A DNA stretch of 64,000 bases from Escherichia coli (GTDB lineage: Bacteria > Pseudomonadota > Gammaproteobacteria > Enterobacterales > Enterobacteriaceae): NCBI RefSeq assembly GCF_003334765.1, contig NZ_QOWT01000003.1. One strand, 5' to 3'. The notes beneath the pieces were generated by a model. That model was not told the DNA's origin. It saw only the letters and a list, made by a program, of their open reading frames with translations, and ran no database searches. This document shows positions 36,066 to 49,196 of this stretch, in pieces. The position numbers and the translations under genes are program-made. Within the stretch, counting starts at the first letter, position 1; the number at the start of each line of letters is the position of its first letter.

Positions 36066-37367
36066 ATGGCGCAATTCTACTCTGCAAAACGACGCACGAC
36101 GACGCGTCAGATCATAACCGTTTCAGTCAACGACCTCGACTCTTTTGGTCAGGGCGTGGCGCGACATAACGGCAAAACGCTATTTATCCCCGGATTATTG
36201 CCGCAGGAAAACGCGGAAGTTACTGTTACTGAAGATAAAAAACAGTATGCCCGCGCTAAAGTCGTACGCCGGTTAAGCGATAGCCCGGAACGCGAAACGC
36301 CACGCTGTCCTCATTTTGGCGTATGCGGTGGCTGTCAGCAACAACACGCCAGCGTGGATTTACAGCAGCGAAGCAAAAGTGCGGCACTCGCCCGATTAAT
36401 GAAACACGATGTCTCTGAAGTGATCGCCGATGTTCCCTGGGGCTATCGCCGTCGCGCGCGTTTAAGTCTGAACTACTTACCGAAAACACAGCAACTTCAG
36501 ATGGGGTTTCGCAAAGCGGGCTCCAGTGACATTGTCGACGTCAAACAATGCCCCATTTTAGCGCCCCAACTTGAAGCATTGCTGCCCAAAGTCAGGGCAT
36601 GTCTGGGCAGCTTACAAGCTATGCGCCATCTTGGTCATGTTGAACTGGTACAGGCAACCAGCGGCACGCTGATGATTTTGCGCCATACCGCACCGCTAAG
36701 TTCGGCAGATCGCGAAAAACTGGAACGCTTTTCGCATTCTGAAGGCCTGGATCTGTATCTCGCCCCCGATAGTGAGATACTCGAAACCGTCTCTGGTGAG
36801 ATGCCCTGGTATGACTCAAACGGGTTGCGCTTAACTTTTAGCCCGCGCGATTTTATTCAGGTCAATGCGGGTGTGAACCAAAAAATGGTAGCGCGTGCGT
36901 TGGAATGGCTGGATGTGCAACCTGAAGATCGCGTACTGGATCTGTTCTGCGGTATGGGCAACTTTACACTGCCATTGGCGACACAAGCTGCCAGTGTGGT
37001 CGGTGTAGAAGGTGTTCCGGCGCTGGTGGAAAAAGGCCAGCAGAATGCGCGTCTTAATGGCTTACAGAATGTGACGTTTTATCACGAAAATCTTGAAGAA
37101 GATGTCACAAAGCAGCCGTGGGCGAAAAACGGCTTCGATAAAGTGTTGCTGGACCCGGCGCGAGCAGGTGCCGCAGGTGTTATGCAGCAAATTATAAAAC
37201 TGGAACCTATTCGTATAGTTTATGTATCCTGTAACCCTGCAACGCTGGCTCGGGATAGCGAAGCGTTATTAAAAGCAGGATATACCATTGCGCGACTGGC
37301 GATGCTGGATATGTTCCCACACACGGGACATCTGGAATCGATGGTACTTTTCTCGCGCGTTAAATAG
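36066..37367 (+). CDS. rlmD: 23S rRNA m5U1939 methyltransferase (TRAM domain, Fe-S)
   Basis: 433-aa ORF matching RlmD (RumA), with the cysteine cluster [11 protein letters not shown]. Confidence 0.93.
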
Positions 37368-37414
37368 TTGCGATTTGCCGATTTCGGCAGGTCTGGTCCC
37401 TAAAGGAGAGGACG

Positions 37415-39649
37415 ATGGTTGCGGTAAGAAGTGCACATATCAATAAGGCTGGTGAATTTGATCCGGAAAAATGGATCGCAAGTCTGGGTATTACCAGCCA
37501 GAAGTCGTGTGAGTGCTTAGCCGAAACCTGGGCGTATTGTCTGCAACAGACGCAGGGGCATCCGGATGCCAGTCTGTTATTGTGGCGTGGTGTTGAGATG
37601 GTGGAGATCCTCTCGACATTAAGTATGGACATTGACACGCTGCGGGCGGCGCTGCTTTTCCCTCTGGCGGATGCCAACGTAGTCAGCGAAGATGTGCTGC
37701 GTGAGAGCGTCGGTAAGTCGGTCGTTAACCTTATTCACGGCGTGCGTGATATGGCGGCGATCCGCCAGCTGAAAGCGACGCACACTGATTCTGTTTCCTC
37801 CGAACAGGTCGATAACGTTCGCCGGATGTTATTGGCGATGGTCGATGATTTTCGCTGCGTAGTCATCAAACTGGCGGAGCGTATTGCTCATCTGCGCGAA
37901 GTAAAAGATGCGCCGGAAGATGAACGTGTACTGGCGGCAAAAGAGTGTACCAACATCTACGCACCGCTGGCTAACCGTCTCGGAATCGGACAACTGAAAT
38001 GGGAACTGGAAGATTACTGCTTCCGTTACCTCCATCCAACCGAATACAAACGAATTGCCAAACTGCTGCATGAACGGCGTCTCGACCGCGAACACTACAT
38101 CGAAGAGTTCGTTGGTCATCTGCGCGCTGAGATGAAAGCTGAAGGCGTTAAAGCGGAAGTGTATGGTCGTCCGAAACACATCTACAGCATCTGGCGTAAA
38201 ATGCAGAAAAAGAACCTCGCCTTTGATGAGCTGTTTGATGTGCGTGCGGTACGTATTGTCGCCGAGCGTTTACAGGATTGCTATGCCGCACTGGGGATAG
38301 TGCACACTCACTATCGCCACCTGCCGGATGAGTTTGACGATTACGTCGCTAACCCGAAACCAAACGGTTATCAGTCTATTCATACCGTGGTTCTGGGGCC
38401 GGGTGGAAAAACCGTTGAGATCCAAATCCGCACCAAACAGATGCATGAAGATGCAGAGTTGGGTGTTGCTGCGCACTGGAAATATAAAGAGGGCGCGGCT
38501 GCTGGCGGCGCACGTTCGGGACATGAAGACCGGATTGCCTGGCTGCGTAAACTGATTGCGTGGCAGGAAGAGATGGCTGATTCCGGCGAAATGCTCGACG
38601 AAGTACGTAGTCAGGTCTTTGACGACCGGGTGTACGTCTTTACGCCGAAAGGTGATGTCGTTGATTTGCCTGCGGGATCAACGCCGCTGGACTTCGCTTA
38701 CCACATCCACAGTGATGTCGGACACCGCTGCATCGGGGCAAAAATTGGCGGGCGCATTGTGCCGTTCACCTACCAGCTGCAGATGGGCGACCAGATTGAA
38801 ATTATCACCCAGAAACAGCCGAACCCCAGCCGTGACTGGTTAAACCCAAACCTCGGTTACGTCACAACCAGCCGTGGGCGTTCGAAAATTCACGCCTGGT
38901 TCCGTAAACAGGACCGTGACAAAAACATTCTGGCTGGGCGGCAAATCCTTGACGACGAGCTGGAACATCTGGGGATCAGCCTGAAAGAAGCAGAAAAACA
39001 TCTGCTGCCGCGTTACAACTTCAATGATGTCGACGAGTTGCTGGCGGCGATTGGTGGCGGGGATATCCGTCTCAATCAGATGGTGAACTTCCTGCAATCG
39101 CAATTTAATAAGCCGAGTGCCGAAGAGCAGGACGCCGCCGCGCTGAAGCAACTTCAGCAAAAAAGCTACACGCCGCAAAACCGCAGTAAAGATAACGGTC
39201 GCGTGGTAGTCGAAGGTGTTGGCAACCTGATGCACCACATCGCGCGCTGCTGCCAGCCGATTCCTGGAGATGAGATTGTCGGCTTCATTACCCAGGGGCG
39301 CGGTATTTCAGTACACCGCGCCGATTGCGAACAACTGGCGGAACTGCGCTCCCATGCGCCAGAACGCATTGTTGACGCGGTATGGGGTGAGAGCTACTCC
39401 GCCGGATATTCGCTGGTGGTCCGCGTGGTAGCTAATGATCGTAGTGGGTTGTTACGTGATATCACGACCATTCTCGCCAACGAGAAGGTGAACGTGCTTG
39501 GCGTTGCCAGCCGTAGCGACACCAAACAGCAACTGGCGACCATCGACATGACCATTGAGATTTACAACCTGCAAGTGCTGGGGCGCGTGCTGGGTAAACT
39601 CAACCAGGTGCCGGATGTTATCGACGCGCGTCGGTTGCACGGGAGTTAG
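37415..39649 (+). CDS. relA: GTP pyrophosphokinase ((p)ppGpp synthetase I)
   Basis: 744-aa ORF matching RelA, with the RelA/SpoT synthetase domain, TGS and ACT. Confidence 0.96.
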   Translation: MVAVRSAHINKAGEFDPEKWIASLGITSQKSCECLAETWAYCLQQTQGHPDASLLLWRGVEMVEILSTLSMDIDTLRAALLFPLADANVVSEDVLRESVGKSVVNLIHGVRDMAAIRQLKATHTDSVSSEQVDNVRRMLLAMVDDFRCVVIKLAERIAHLREVKDAPEDERVLAAKECTNIYAPLANRLGIGQLKWELEDYCFRYLHPTEYKRIAKLLHERRLDREHYIEEFVGHLRAEMKAEGVKAEVYGRPKHIYSIWRKMQKKNLAFDELFDVRAVRIVAERLQDCYAALGIVHTHYRHLPDEFDDYVANPKPNGYQSIHTVVLGPGGKTVEIQIRTKQMHEDAELGVAAHWKYKEGAAAGGARSGHEDRIAWLRKLIAWQEEMADSGEMLDEVRSQVFDDRVYVFTPKGDVVDLPAGSTPLDFAYHIHSDVGHRCIGAKIGGRIVPFTYQLQMGDQIEIITQKQPNPSRDWLNPNLGYVTTSRGRSKIHAWFRKQDRDKNILAGRQILDDELEHLGISLKEAEKHLLPRYNFNDVDELLAAIGGGDIRLNQMVNFLQSQFNKPSAEEQDAAALKQLQQKSYTPQNRSKDNGRVVVEGVGNLMHHIARCCQPIPGDEIVGFITQGRGISVHRADCEQLAELRSHAPERIVDAVWGESYSAGYSLVVRVVANDRSGLLRDITTILANEKVNVLGVASRSDTKQQLATIDMTIEIYNLQVLGRVLGKLNQVPDVIDARRLHGS

Positions 39650-39664
39650 GCCGAAATTTGCTCG

Positions 39665-39707
39665 TATCTACAATGTAGATTGATATATACTGTATCTACA
39701 TATGATA
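39665..39707. promoter_or_regulatory. mazEF promoter with alternating-palindrome operator
   Basis: atctacaatgtagattgatatatactgtatctacatatgatag immediately upstream of mazE; overlapping palindromes typical of the MazE/MazF autoregulation site. Coordinates approximate. Confidence 0.65.
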
Positions 39708-39726
39708 GCGGTTTGAGGAAAGGGTT

Positions 39727-39975
39727 ATGATCCACAGTAGCGTAAAGCGTTGGGGAAATTCACCGGCGGTGCGGATCCCGGCTACGTTAATGCAGGCGCT
39801 CAATCTGAATATTGATGATGAAGTGAAGATTGACCTGGTGGATGGCAAATTAATTATTGAGCCAGTGCGTAAAGAGCCCGTATTTACGCTTGCTGAACTG
39901 GTCAACGACATCACGCCGGAAAACCTCCACGAGAATATCGACTGGGGAGAGCCGAAAGATAAGGAAGTCTGGTAA
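39727..39975 (+). CDS. mazE: Antitoxin MazE (type II TA, AbrB/SpoVT fold)
   Basis: 82-aa [30 protein letters not shown]...; exact MazE. Confidence 0.97.
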
Positions 39976-40310
39976 TGGTAAGCCGATACGTACCCGATAT
40001 GGGCGATCTGATTTGGGTTGATTTTGACCCGACAAAAGGTAGCGAGCAAGCTGGACATCGTCCAGCTGTTGTCCTGAGTCCTTTCATGTACAACAACAAA
40101 ACAGGTATGTGTCTGTGTGTTCCTTGTACAACGCAATCAAAAGGATATCCGTTCGAAGTTGTTTTATCCGGTCAGGAACGTGATGGCGTAGCGTTAGCTG
40201 ATCAGGTAAAAAGTATCGCCTGGCGGGCAAGAGGAGCAACGAAGAAAGGAACAGTTGCCCCAGAGGAATTACAACTCATTAAAGCCAAAATTAACGTACT
40301 GATTGGGTAG
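39975..40310 (+). CDS. mazF: Toxin MazF (ACA-specific mRNA interferase)
   Basis: 111-aa [39 protein letters not shown]...; start overlaps the mazE stop. Confidence 0.97.
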   Translation: MVSRYVPDMGDLIWVDFDPTKGSEQAGHRPAVVLSPFMYNNKTGMCLCVPCTTQSKGYPFEVVLSGQERDGVALADQVKSIAWRARGATKKGTVAPEELQLIKAKINVLIG

Positions 40311-40380
40311 TGTTACTAACTCACTTCTATTCTGGTCACAGGTTTCCACCTGACAGACCCGCAATTTTCAGGACAATTCA

Positions 40381-41172
40381 ATGAATCAAATCGACCGTTT
40401 GCTCACTATTATGCAGCGCCTGCGCGATCCGGAAAACGGCTGCCCGTGGGATAAAGAGCAGACATTTGCCACCATTGCGCCTTACACCCTTGAAGAAACC
40501 TACGAAGTGCTGGACGCCATCGCCCGTGAAGATTTTGACGATCTTCGCGGTGAACTGGGCGATCTGCTATTCCAGGTGGTGTTTTACGCGCAAATGGCTC
40601 AGGAAGAAGGGCGCTTTGACTTTAATGATATTTGCGCTGCTATTAGCGATAAATTAGAGCGTCGCCATCCGCATGTTTTTGCTGATAGTTCTGCCGAAAA
40701 CAGTAGTGAAGTGCTTGCCCGTTGGGAGCAAATCAAAACCGAAGAGCGCGCGCAGAAAGCGCAGCATTCGGCGCTGGACGATATTCCTCGTAGTTTACCG
40801 GCTTTAATGCGTGCGCAAAAAATCCAGAAACGTTGCGCCAACGTTGGCTTCGATTGGACGACGCTTGGTCCGGTAGTCGATAAAGTCTACGAAGAGATCG
40901 ACGAGGTGATGTACGAAGCGCGGCAGGCTGTTGTCGACCAGGCTAAACTGGAGGAGGAAATGGGGGACCTGCTGTTTGCCACGGTTAATCTGGCTCGCCA
41001 TTTAGGGACGAAAGCAGAAATCGCATTGCAAAAAGCGAACGAAAAATTCGAGCGTCGTTTTCGCGAAGTGGAGCGTATTGTTGCCGCGCGTGGACTGGAA
41101 ATGACAGGTGTTGACCTCGAAACAATGGAAGAAGTCTGGCAACAGGTAAAACGGCAGGAAATTGATCTCTAA
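40381..41172 (+). CDS. mazG: Nucleoside triphosphate pyrophosphohydrolase MazG
   Basis: 263-aa ORF matching MazG (tandem MazG domains), third gene of mazEFG. Confidence 0.93.
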   Translation: MNQIDRLLTIMQRLRDPENGCPWDKEQTFATIAPYTLEETYEVLDAIAREDFDDLRGELGDLLFQVVFYAQMAQEEGRFDFNDICAAISDKLERRHPHVFADSSAENSSEVLARWEQIKTEERAQKAQHSALDDIPRSLPALMRAQKIQKRCANVGFDWTTLGPVVDKVYEEIDEVMYEARQAVVDQAKLEEEMGDLLFATVNLARHLGTKAEIALQKANEKFERRFREVERIVAARGLEMTGVDLETMEEVWQQVKRQEIDL

Positions 41173-41384
41173 GGGAATTACGCGGTCAAGCGCCATTTGT
41201 GTCATTTTTTAAATGACAAGCGCTTGATTTGCGTCAAAAACATTTACCCCAAAGGGGCTATTTTCTCACTCCTGATTTCAATAGTGCGCTGGCGAAGAGG
41301 AGGGATAATGAAAGTTTGTGGCACAGGTCATGTTCGGGTATACTGCTTTCCCGTCTTGGTTATTCCATCGTCTTTTCAACCTAA

Positions 41385-43037
<1,653 letters not shown>

Positions 43038-43056
43038 GTAAAAAAGTTAGAGCGGC

Positions 43057-43081
43057 AACGCGTACCCTGGGTACGCGTTGT
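43057..43081 (+). terminator. Hairpin between pyrG and eno (partial terminator)
   Basis: caacgcgtaccc-tgg-gtacgcgttg followed by tttgt. Coordinates approximate. Confidence 0.5.
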
Positions 43082-43109
43082 TTGTCTGGAGTTTCAGTTT
43101 AACTAGTGA

Positions 43110-44423
<1,314 letters not shown>

Positions 44424-44442
44424 GACTGACTTTATCTGATTT

Positions 44443-44473
44443 AAAAATGCCAGCCTCCGGGCTGGCATTTTTT
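44443..44473. terminator. Bidirectional rho-independent terminator between eno and ygcG
   Basis: aaaaatgccagcc-tccg-ggctggcatttttt, a GC stem flanked by an A-run and a T-run, between convergent genes. Coordinates approximate. Confidence 0.7.
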
Positions 44474-44482
44474 ATGGTTGAG

Positions 44483-45355
44483 TTACCAGCGGCCGGATGC
44501 GCCGCCACCTCCAGAAGAACCGCCCCCGCCGCTAAATCCGCCGCTATCTGAGCCTCCAGCGGAACCGCTGTTGTCTGAATGATAACTTCTACCAGATGCT
44601 CTTTTCTGAAGTACACATAAACAGGTAAAGACCATAAATATGGTGAAAGTAAAAAAGAAGGAAAATACAGCAATGGAAAAAATTTTATCGGAGAACAGGA
44701 ATAAATCTAAAAGATAGATTGCTGAAATACAGACTCCACTTTTACATGCGCGACAAAAATTACTGCCTTGATGAAAAAACCAGAAAGGGAAGAACATCAC
44801 TGCAAATACCCAAAAAATAGCAAAGTAATAATGATCACTGGAAGACGCTGATTCACTTTCTGAAGGATTAGTCGGATATTGGTGTTGTGAAGTGAGTTGG
44901 TTATTCAAAGCGTTTATAGCTAGCTCTAATCCCTTAGCTAATTTTTGTTGTTTAAATGCGGGTATCATGTTGCTACGGATGATATCTCCAGCCAGAGCAT
45001 CGGTTACCTTTTCTTCCAGCCCATAACCTACCTGGATGCGGACAGTGCGATCCGACCAGGCAACAACGATCAGTATCCCATCATTACGTTTGGCATCTCC
45101 TAAACGCCAATTGTCAAAAACTCTTGTAGCATATTGTTCAATTGTCTCGTCTTTGGTTGTGGGAACAATTAATACGGCAATTTGCACTTGGGTATTATTG
45201 AAAATAGATTCTAACTTGTGCGTCAGTTCTTTCTTTTCTTGTGAGTTTAAGCTACTCGTAAGATCCGTAACTTGTTGCTGTAATTGTGGGACAATAGTTG
45301 GTTGGGCTGCAACAAAGGAACATACGAAAGTGAACATTAGTATGAAATAGCGCAT
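44483..45355 (-). CDS. ygcG: TPM-domain membrane protein with Gly/Ser-rich C-terminal tail
   Basis: ORF-track frame 44483..45424; probable start at the ATG at 45355 ([17 protein letters not shown], signal peptide); C-terminus ...[24 protein letters not shown]. Confidence 0.8.
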
Positions 45356-45647
45356 TATAAATTTCTCATTAAATCTGGATAAATAAATTGACGGCGGCAT
45401 CGGTAATTTTATATTCGTTATCATTAAAAACTAATACAGAAAAAATAAATATAATTTTGGTGAATGTTTTGACATGATTAAATCCATTTTCTTTATTTTC
45501 TTCTGACATAATACGTTACTCCCTTTAATTATTAACGATATGTTTCGCATTTTTCTTTAAACCTGCCTGTAACAGAATGTTAATAAGACATGATTGTTGT
45601 GGCAGGATCTGCAATAATTAACAATTATCCACTTCACAGAGAATGCT

Positions 45648-46319
45648 ATGCAGTACCCGATTAACGAGATGTTCCAGACCCTGCAAGGTGAGGGTTACTT
45701 TACCGGCGTTCCCGCCATTTTTATTCGTTTACAGGGATGCCCGGTTGGCTGTGCCTGGTGCGACACCAAACACACCTGGGAAAAGCTTGAGGATCGGGAA
45801 GTCTCCCTTTTCAGCATTCTGGCGAAGACCAAAGAGAGTGATAAGTGGGGGGCTGCGAGCAGTGAAGATTTGCTGGCTGTCATTGGTCGCCAGGGATACA
45901 CCGCGCGGCATGTGGTGATTACGGGTGGTGAGCCTTGCATTCATGATTTGCTGCCACTGACTGATCTGCTCGAAAAGAACGGTTTTAGCTGCCAGATCGA
46001 AACCAGTGGTACTCATGAGGTACGCTGCACACCGAATACCTGGGTTACCGTATCGCCAAAGCTGAACATGCGCGGCGGCTATGAAGTGTTGTCACAGGCA
46101 CTGGAGCGAGCCAACGAAATCAAGCATCCAGTGGGGCGCGTACGCGATATTGAAGCACTGGATGAACTACTGGCAACGCTGACCGATGATAAACCGCGAG
46201 TCATTGCACTGCAGCCGATTAGCCAAAAGGATGATGCCACACGTTTGTGCATTGAAACCTGCATTGCGCGTAATTGGCGTTTGTCGATGCAAACACATAA
46301 ATATCTAAATATTGCCTGA
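45648..46319 (+). CDS. queE: 7-carboxy-7-deazaguanine synthase (radical SAM)
   Basis: 223-aa ORF with CxxxCxxC-type motif (GCPVGCAWCDT); matches QueE (YgcF). Confidence 0.92.
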   Translation: MQYPINEMFQTLQGEGYFTGVPAIFIRLQGCPVGCAWCDTKHTWEKLEDREVSLFSILAKTKESDKWGAASSEDLLAVIGRQGYTARHVVITGGEPCIHDLLPLTDLLEKNGFSCQIETSGTHEVRCTPNTWVTVSPKLNMRGGYEVLSQALERANEIKHPVGRVRDIEALDELLATLTDDKPRVIALQPISQKDDATRLCIETCIARNWRLSMQTHKYLNIA

Positions 46320-46439
46320 TTAAACATTTATAAGCGTTATAAATGGGTGGAACCTGTAAAGACTTCTACTCATTTATATTGTTTGTCGCCTCTGAAAACT
46401 CCTCCATTTTACCCATCCAGGGCTAATCATTAGCATTCT

Positions 46440-46658
46440 CTACAAATTCTGTGGCATTAATTTTTCGCTGGAGTGAAAATTATTGCGGTAAAGTTTGGTA
46501 GATTTTAGTTTGTATAGAGTTATTTTAAATATTTACCTTTTTAATCAATGGATTAAGTGCTCTTTAACATAATGGATGTGTTGTTTGTGTGATACTATAA
46601 AGTTGGTAGATTGTGACTGGCTTAAAAAATCATTAATTAATAATAGGTTATGTTTAGA
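46440..46658 (+). promoter_or_regulatory. CRISPR leader (AT-rich)
   Basis: AT-rich stretch ending ...cattaattaataataggttatgtttaga immediately 5' of the first repeat; the distal repeat is the degenerate one, so transcription runs on the + strand. Confidence 0.6.
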
Positions 46659-47053
46659 GTGTTCCCCGCGCCAGCGGGGATAAACCGGCAAAAACCGGGC
46701 AATCGCAAAAAGGCGTAATGTGTTCCCCGCGCCAGCGGGGATAAACCTGTGTTTGCGGCATTAACGCTCACCAGCATTTCGTGTTCCCCGCGCCAGCGGG
46801 GATAAACCGACGTGGTCATGGGTGCTGCTGTTGCAGAGCCAGTGTTCCCCGCGCCAGCGGGGATAAACCGAGCAGATACACGGCTTTGTATTCCGTGCGC
46901 CCGTGTTCCCCGCGCCAGCGGGGATAAACCGAATAGCAATAGTCCATAGATTTGCGAAAACAGGTGTTCCCCGCGCCAGCGGGGATAAACCGGAGCCTGA
47001 CGAGACTACTGAGGCCGTTCTGTCGAGTTCCCCGCGCCAGCGGGGATAAACCA
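46659..47053 (+). CRISPR. Type I-E CRISPR array, 7 repeats and 6 spacers, no cas genes in window
   Basis: 29-bp repeat GTGTTCCCCGCGCCAGCGGGGATAAACCG starting at 46659, 46720, 46781, 46842, 46903, 46964 and 47025 (exact 61-bp period, 32-bp spacers); the last repeat is degenerate (GAG..., final base A). Positions cross-checked against ORF-track frames that translate the repeats. Confidence 0.97.
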
Positions 47054-47523
47054 CCATATAACCCGTTATCTCTTTCTCAAGTTTTTATATTAGCAGTACT
47101 TGTAATAAGCAACATATCCACGTAACACCTCATGTTCAAAATAGTTCTCCATGCCAGAGAGGTTCACAATTATCGATACAAAAAATTAAATTTAATCAAA
47201 GTGTTATTTGTATGATTCTTAAATCGTTAAGAAATTTTAATCTATTATTTTTTTAATATTGAATTAATGCCTGTTAATTTTTTCTTTAGAATAACAGTAT
47301 ATTTTTTAAGCTTGTTATTCATTGGTTAAGTAATAAATCTGGAAGTTTGTCTTTGTTTTGAGGCTAATGAGTGGTTTTACATAACCGCCTCTATACGCTG
47401 TTGATGAATAGTTCTTATGAATAAAGATATCCAGTTCATACTTTAAGTGAAAATTGATAAAGTGCGATTCGTATTGTCTTTTATTCTAAAGACATCGAGT
47501 GTAGTTAATATTCCTTGTAAAAA

Positions 47524-47644
47524 CAGGGATAAACCGAACTAGTTAAAGTTTTTATTATGTTCCCTGCATCAGCGGGGATAAACCGGACTTGTTATCATTT
47601 TTTAAGTTGTCGAACTTATGTTCCCCGCGTCAGCGGGGATAACC
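47524..47644 (+). CRISPR. Degenerate CRISPR mini-array (2 decayed repeats plus a partial repeat)
   Basis: cagggataaaccg (partial), atgttccctgcatcagcggggataaaccg at 47557 and atgttccccgcgtcagcggggataacc at 47618; 61-bp period between the last two; preceded by about 470 bp of very AT-rich DNA. Confidence 0.8.
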
Positions 47645-47691
47645 ATTCAGGTATGTTCAGGCCGGGCAGTTTCCCGCCCGGCCTTCCTCAC

Positions 47692-49170
47692 TTACGCATT
47701 CGACCAGCTCTGGATCGAATCCACATTCCCCAATTCCCCATGCATCACTTCATACGATTTTTTCAGGATCACATCAGTATGTTTGGTTAGGTCTTTGAAA
47801 ATGCCTTTATTCATCGCGTCGTAGCGTTTGGCATTGCTCTCAATCGGTATAAAGATATCTTTCACGCGAACCATGTTATCGACAGCCGTTGCGTAATCCG
47901 GGTATAGCCCCAGACCTACCGCTGTATTAATCGCTGCCCCCAGGCTTGCACAACCGTTAATGGCGTTACGTCGTGCCGGAAGGTTGAACACGTCGGCAAA
48001 AATCTGCATAAACAGATCGCTGTTCGAACCGCCGCCAGTAATGATCACATGCTTCGCAAAGTGATTCATTTCATTACACATATTGTCGTAATTGTTCTTC
48101 AGCGTCAGCGCCACGCTTTCCAGTATCGAACGATATATCCATGCGTAATCCATGCTGGAATCAAAGCCGATCATAATCCCGCGTTTGTACGGTTCCCACG
48201 GATTGGTCAGCCAGTCCAGCACCGTCATCAGACCATTACAGCCTGGCGGCACACAAGAAGCTTTTTTGTTGAGTAAATCTTCCGGTGAAAGATCCTGCGC
48301 CCTGGCATCCTGAATTAACGACTCGCCTAGCATGTCGCGCAGCCAGCTCACCGTCCACATGCCTTTGCGAATACCGTAACCTTCATACAGCAATGTTTGC
48401 GGAATAGAAGACATAATCGGCCAGTACGCTACTGGATCTTTCGGCAGTGCTTTGCCGTTCATCATCAATGCGATGTAAGTGCCAAGAGAAATTACCGCCG
48501 TTTCATCATCCAGTAATCCGGCCCCCAGAGCTTCTACCGGTTTATCACTGGTGGTACAAACAACCGGCAGTCCTGCCGGGAAATGTGTCGCCAGTGCGGC
48601 TTGTGGTGTGATATGTCCGAGGACGGTGCCAGGCATTTGCACATCAAACAGCATATGACGGGGGATATTAAACTTATCCATTACCGCAGCATCTTCGCTC
48701 CATGCCCAGCTCTTATAATCCACCGGCCACTGACCAAAATAGTTGGCGATATTGTCTTTAAACTCGCCGGTTAAGCGATGCGTCAGATAACCCGAAAAAG
48801 AGGTGACATATGCCACGTCAGGGTTAGTGTGTTCGTAAGGGCGTGTAACGCGTGCATCCTGCCAGCTAATCAACGGCGCAGCAGGCGTGCCATCGGCTTT
48901 CAATAACGCACGGCAGCAACGGATGGATCCCAGACCAATACCGACAATATCTTCTTTATTCCCGGCAAACTGACTCATCAAATCGTGACCGGCAAAACAT
49001 AATGATGCCCATAAATCGTCGTCAGGATGTTCTGCAGTATCGGCATCTGGCGTGTGCATCGGCTGTAATAAGCCTTTGCCTTCGCAAACCACGTTACCTT
49101 CCAGATCGTACATCACCACTTTTGTGCTCTGACTTCCGCCATCAATCCCTATGATGTATTTTTTCGACAT
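47692..49170 (-). CDS. ygcE: FGGY-family sugar kinase (substrate unknown)
   Basis: 492-aa ORF with the FGGY N-terminus MSKKYIIGIDGGSQSTKVVMYD; matches YgcE. Confidence 0.88.
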   Translation of the reverse strand: MSKKYIIGIDGGSQSTKVVMYDLEGNVVCEGKGLLQPMHTPDADTAEHPDDDLWASLCFAGHDLMSQFAGNKEDIVGIGLGSIRCCRALLKADGTPAAPLISWQDARVTRPYEHTNPDVAYVTSFSGYLTHRLTGEFKDNIANYFGQWPVDYKSWAWSEDAAVMDKFNIPRHMLFDVQMPGTVLGHITPQAALATHFPAGLPVVCTTSDKPVEALGAGLLDDETAVISLGTYIALMMNGKALPKDPVAYWPIMSSIPQTLLYEGYGIRKGMWTVSWLRDMLGESLIQDARAQDLSPEDLLNKKASCVPPGCNGLMTVLDWLTNPWEPYKRGIMIGFDSSMDYAWIYRSILESVALTLKNNYDNMCNEMNHFAKHVIITGGGSNSDLFMQIFADVFNLPARRNAINGCASLGAAINTAVGLGLYPDYATAVDNMVRVKDIFIPIESNAKRYDAMNKGIFKDLTKHTDVILKKSYEVMHGELGNVDSIQSWSNA

Positions 49171-49196
49171 GATTTTTCTCCTGTAATTTTCCTGGC

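Noticed and set aside
46637-47057. ORFs 46637..46939 and 46761..47057 (- strand) with repeated SPLARGT / FIPAGAGNT / VYPRWRGE peptides
   Set aside because: These are the CRISPR repeats translated in three frames, not protein-coding genes; the same applies to + strand ORFs 47557..47790 and 47618..47824, which start inside the degenerate repeats.
47657-47680. GC-rich palindrome ggccgggcagtttcccgcccggcc downstream of ygcE as a rho-independent terminator
   Set aside because: A good stem but no U-tract on either strand; it may be a REP-like or rho-dependent element, so I did not call it a terminator.
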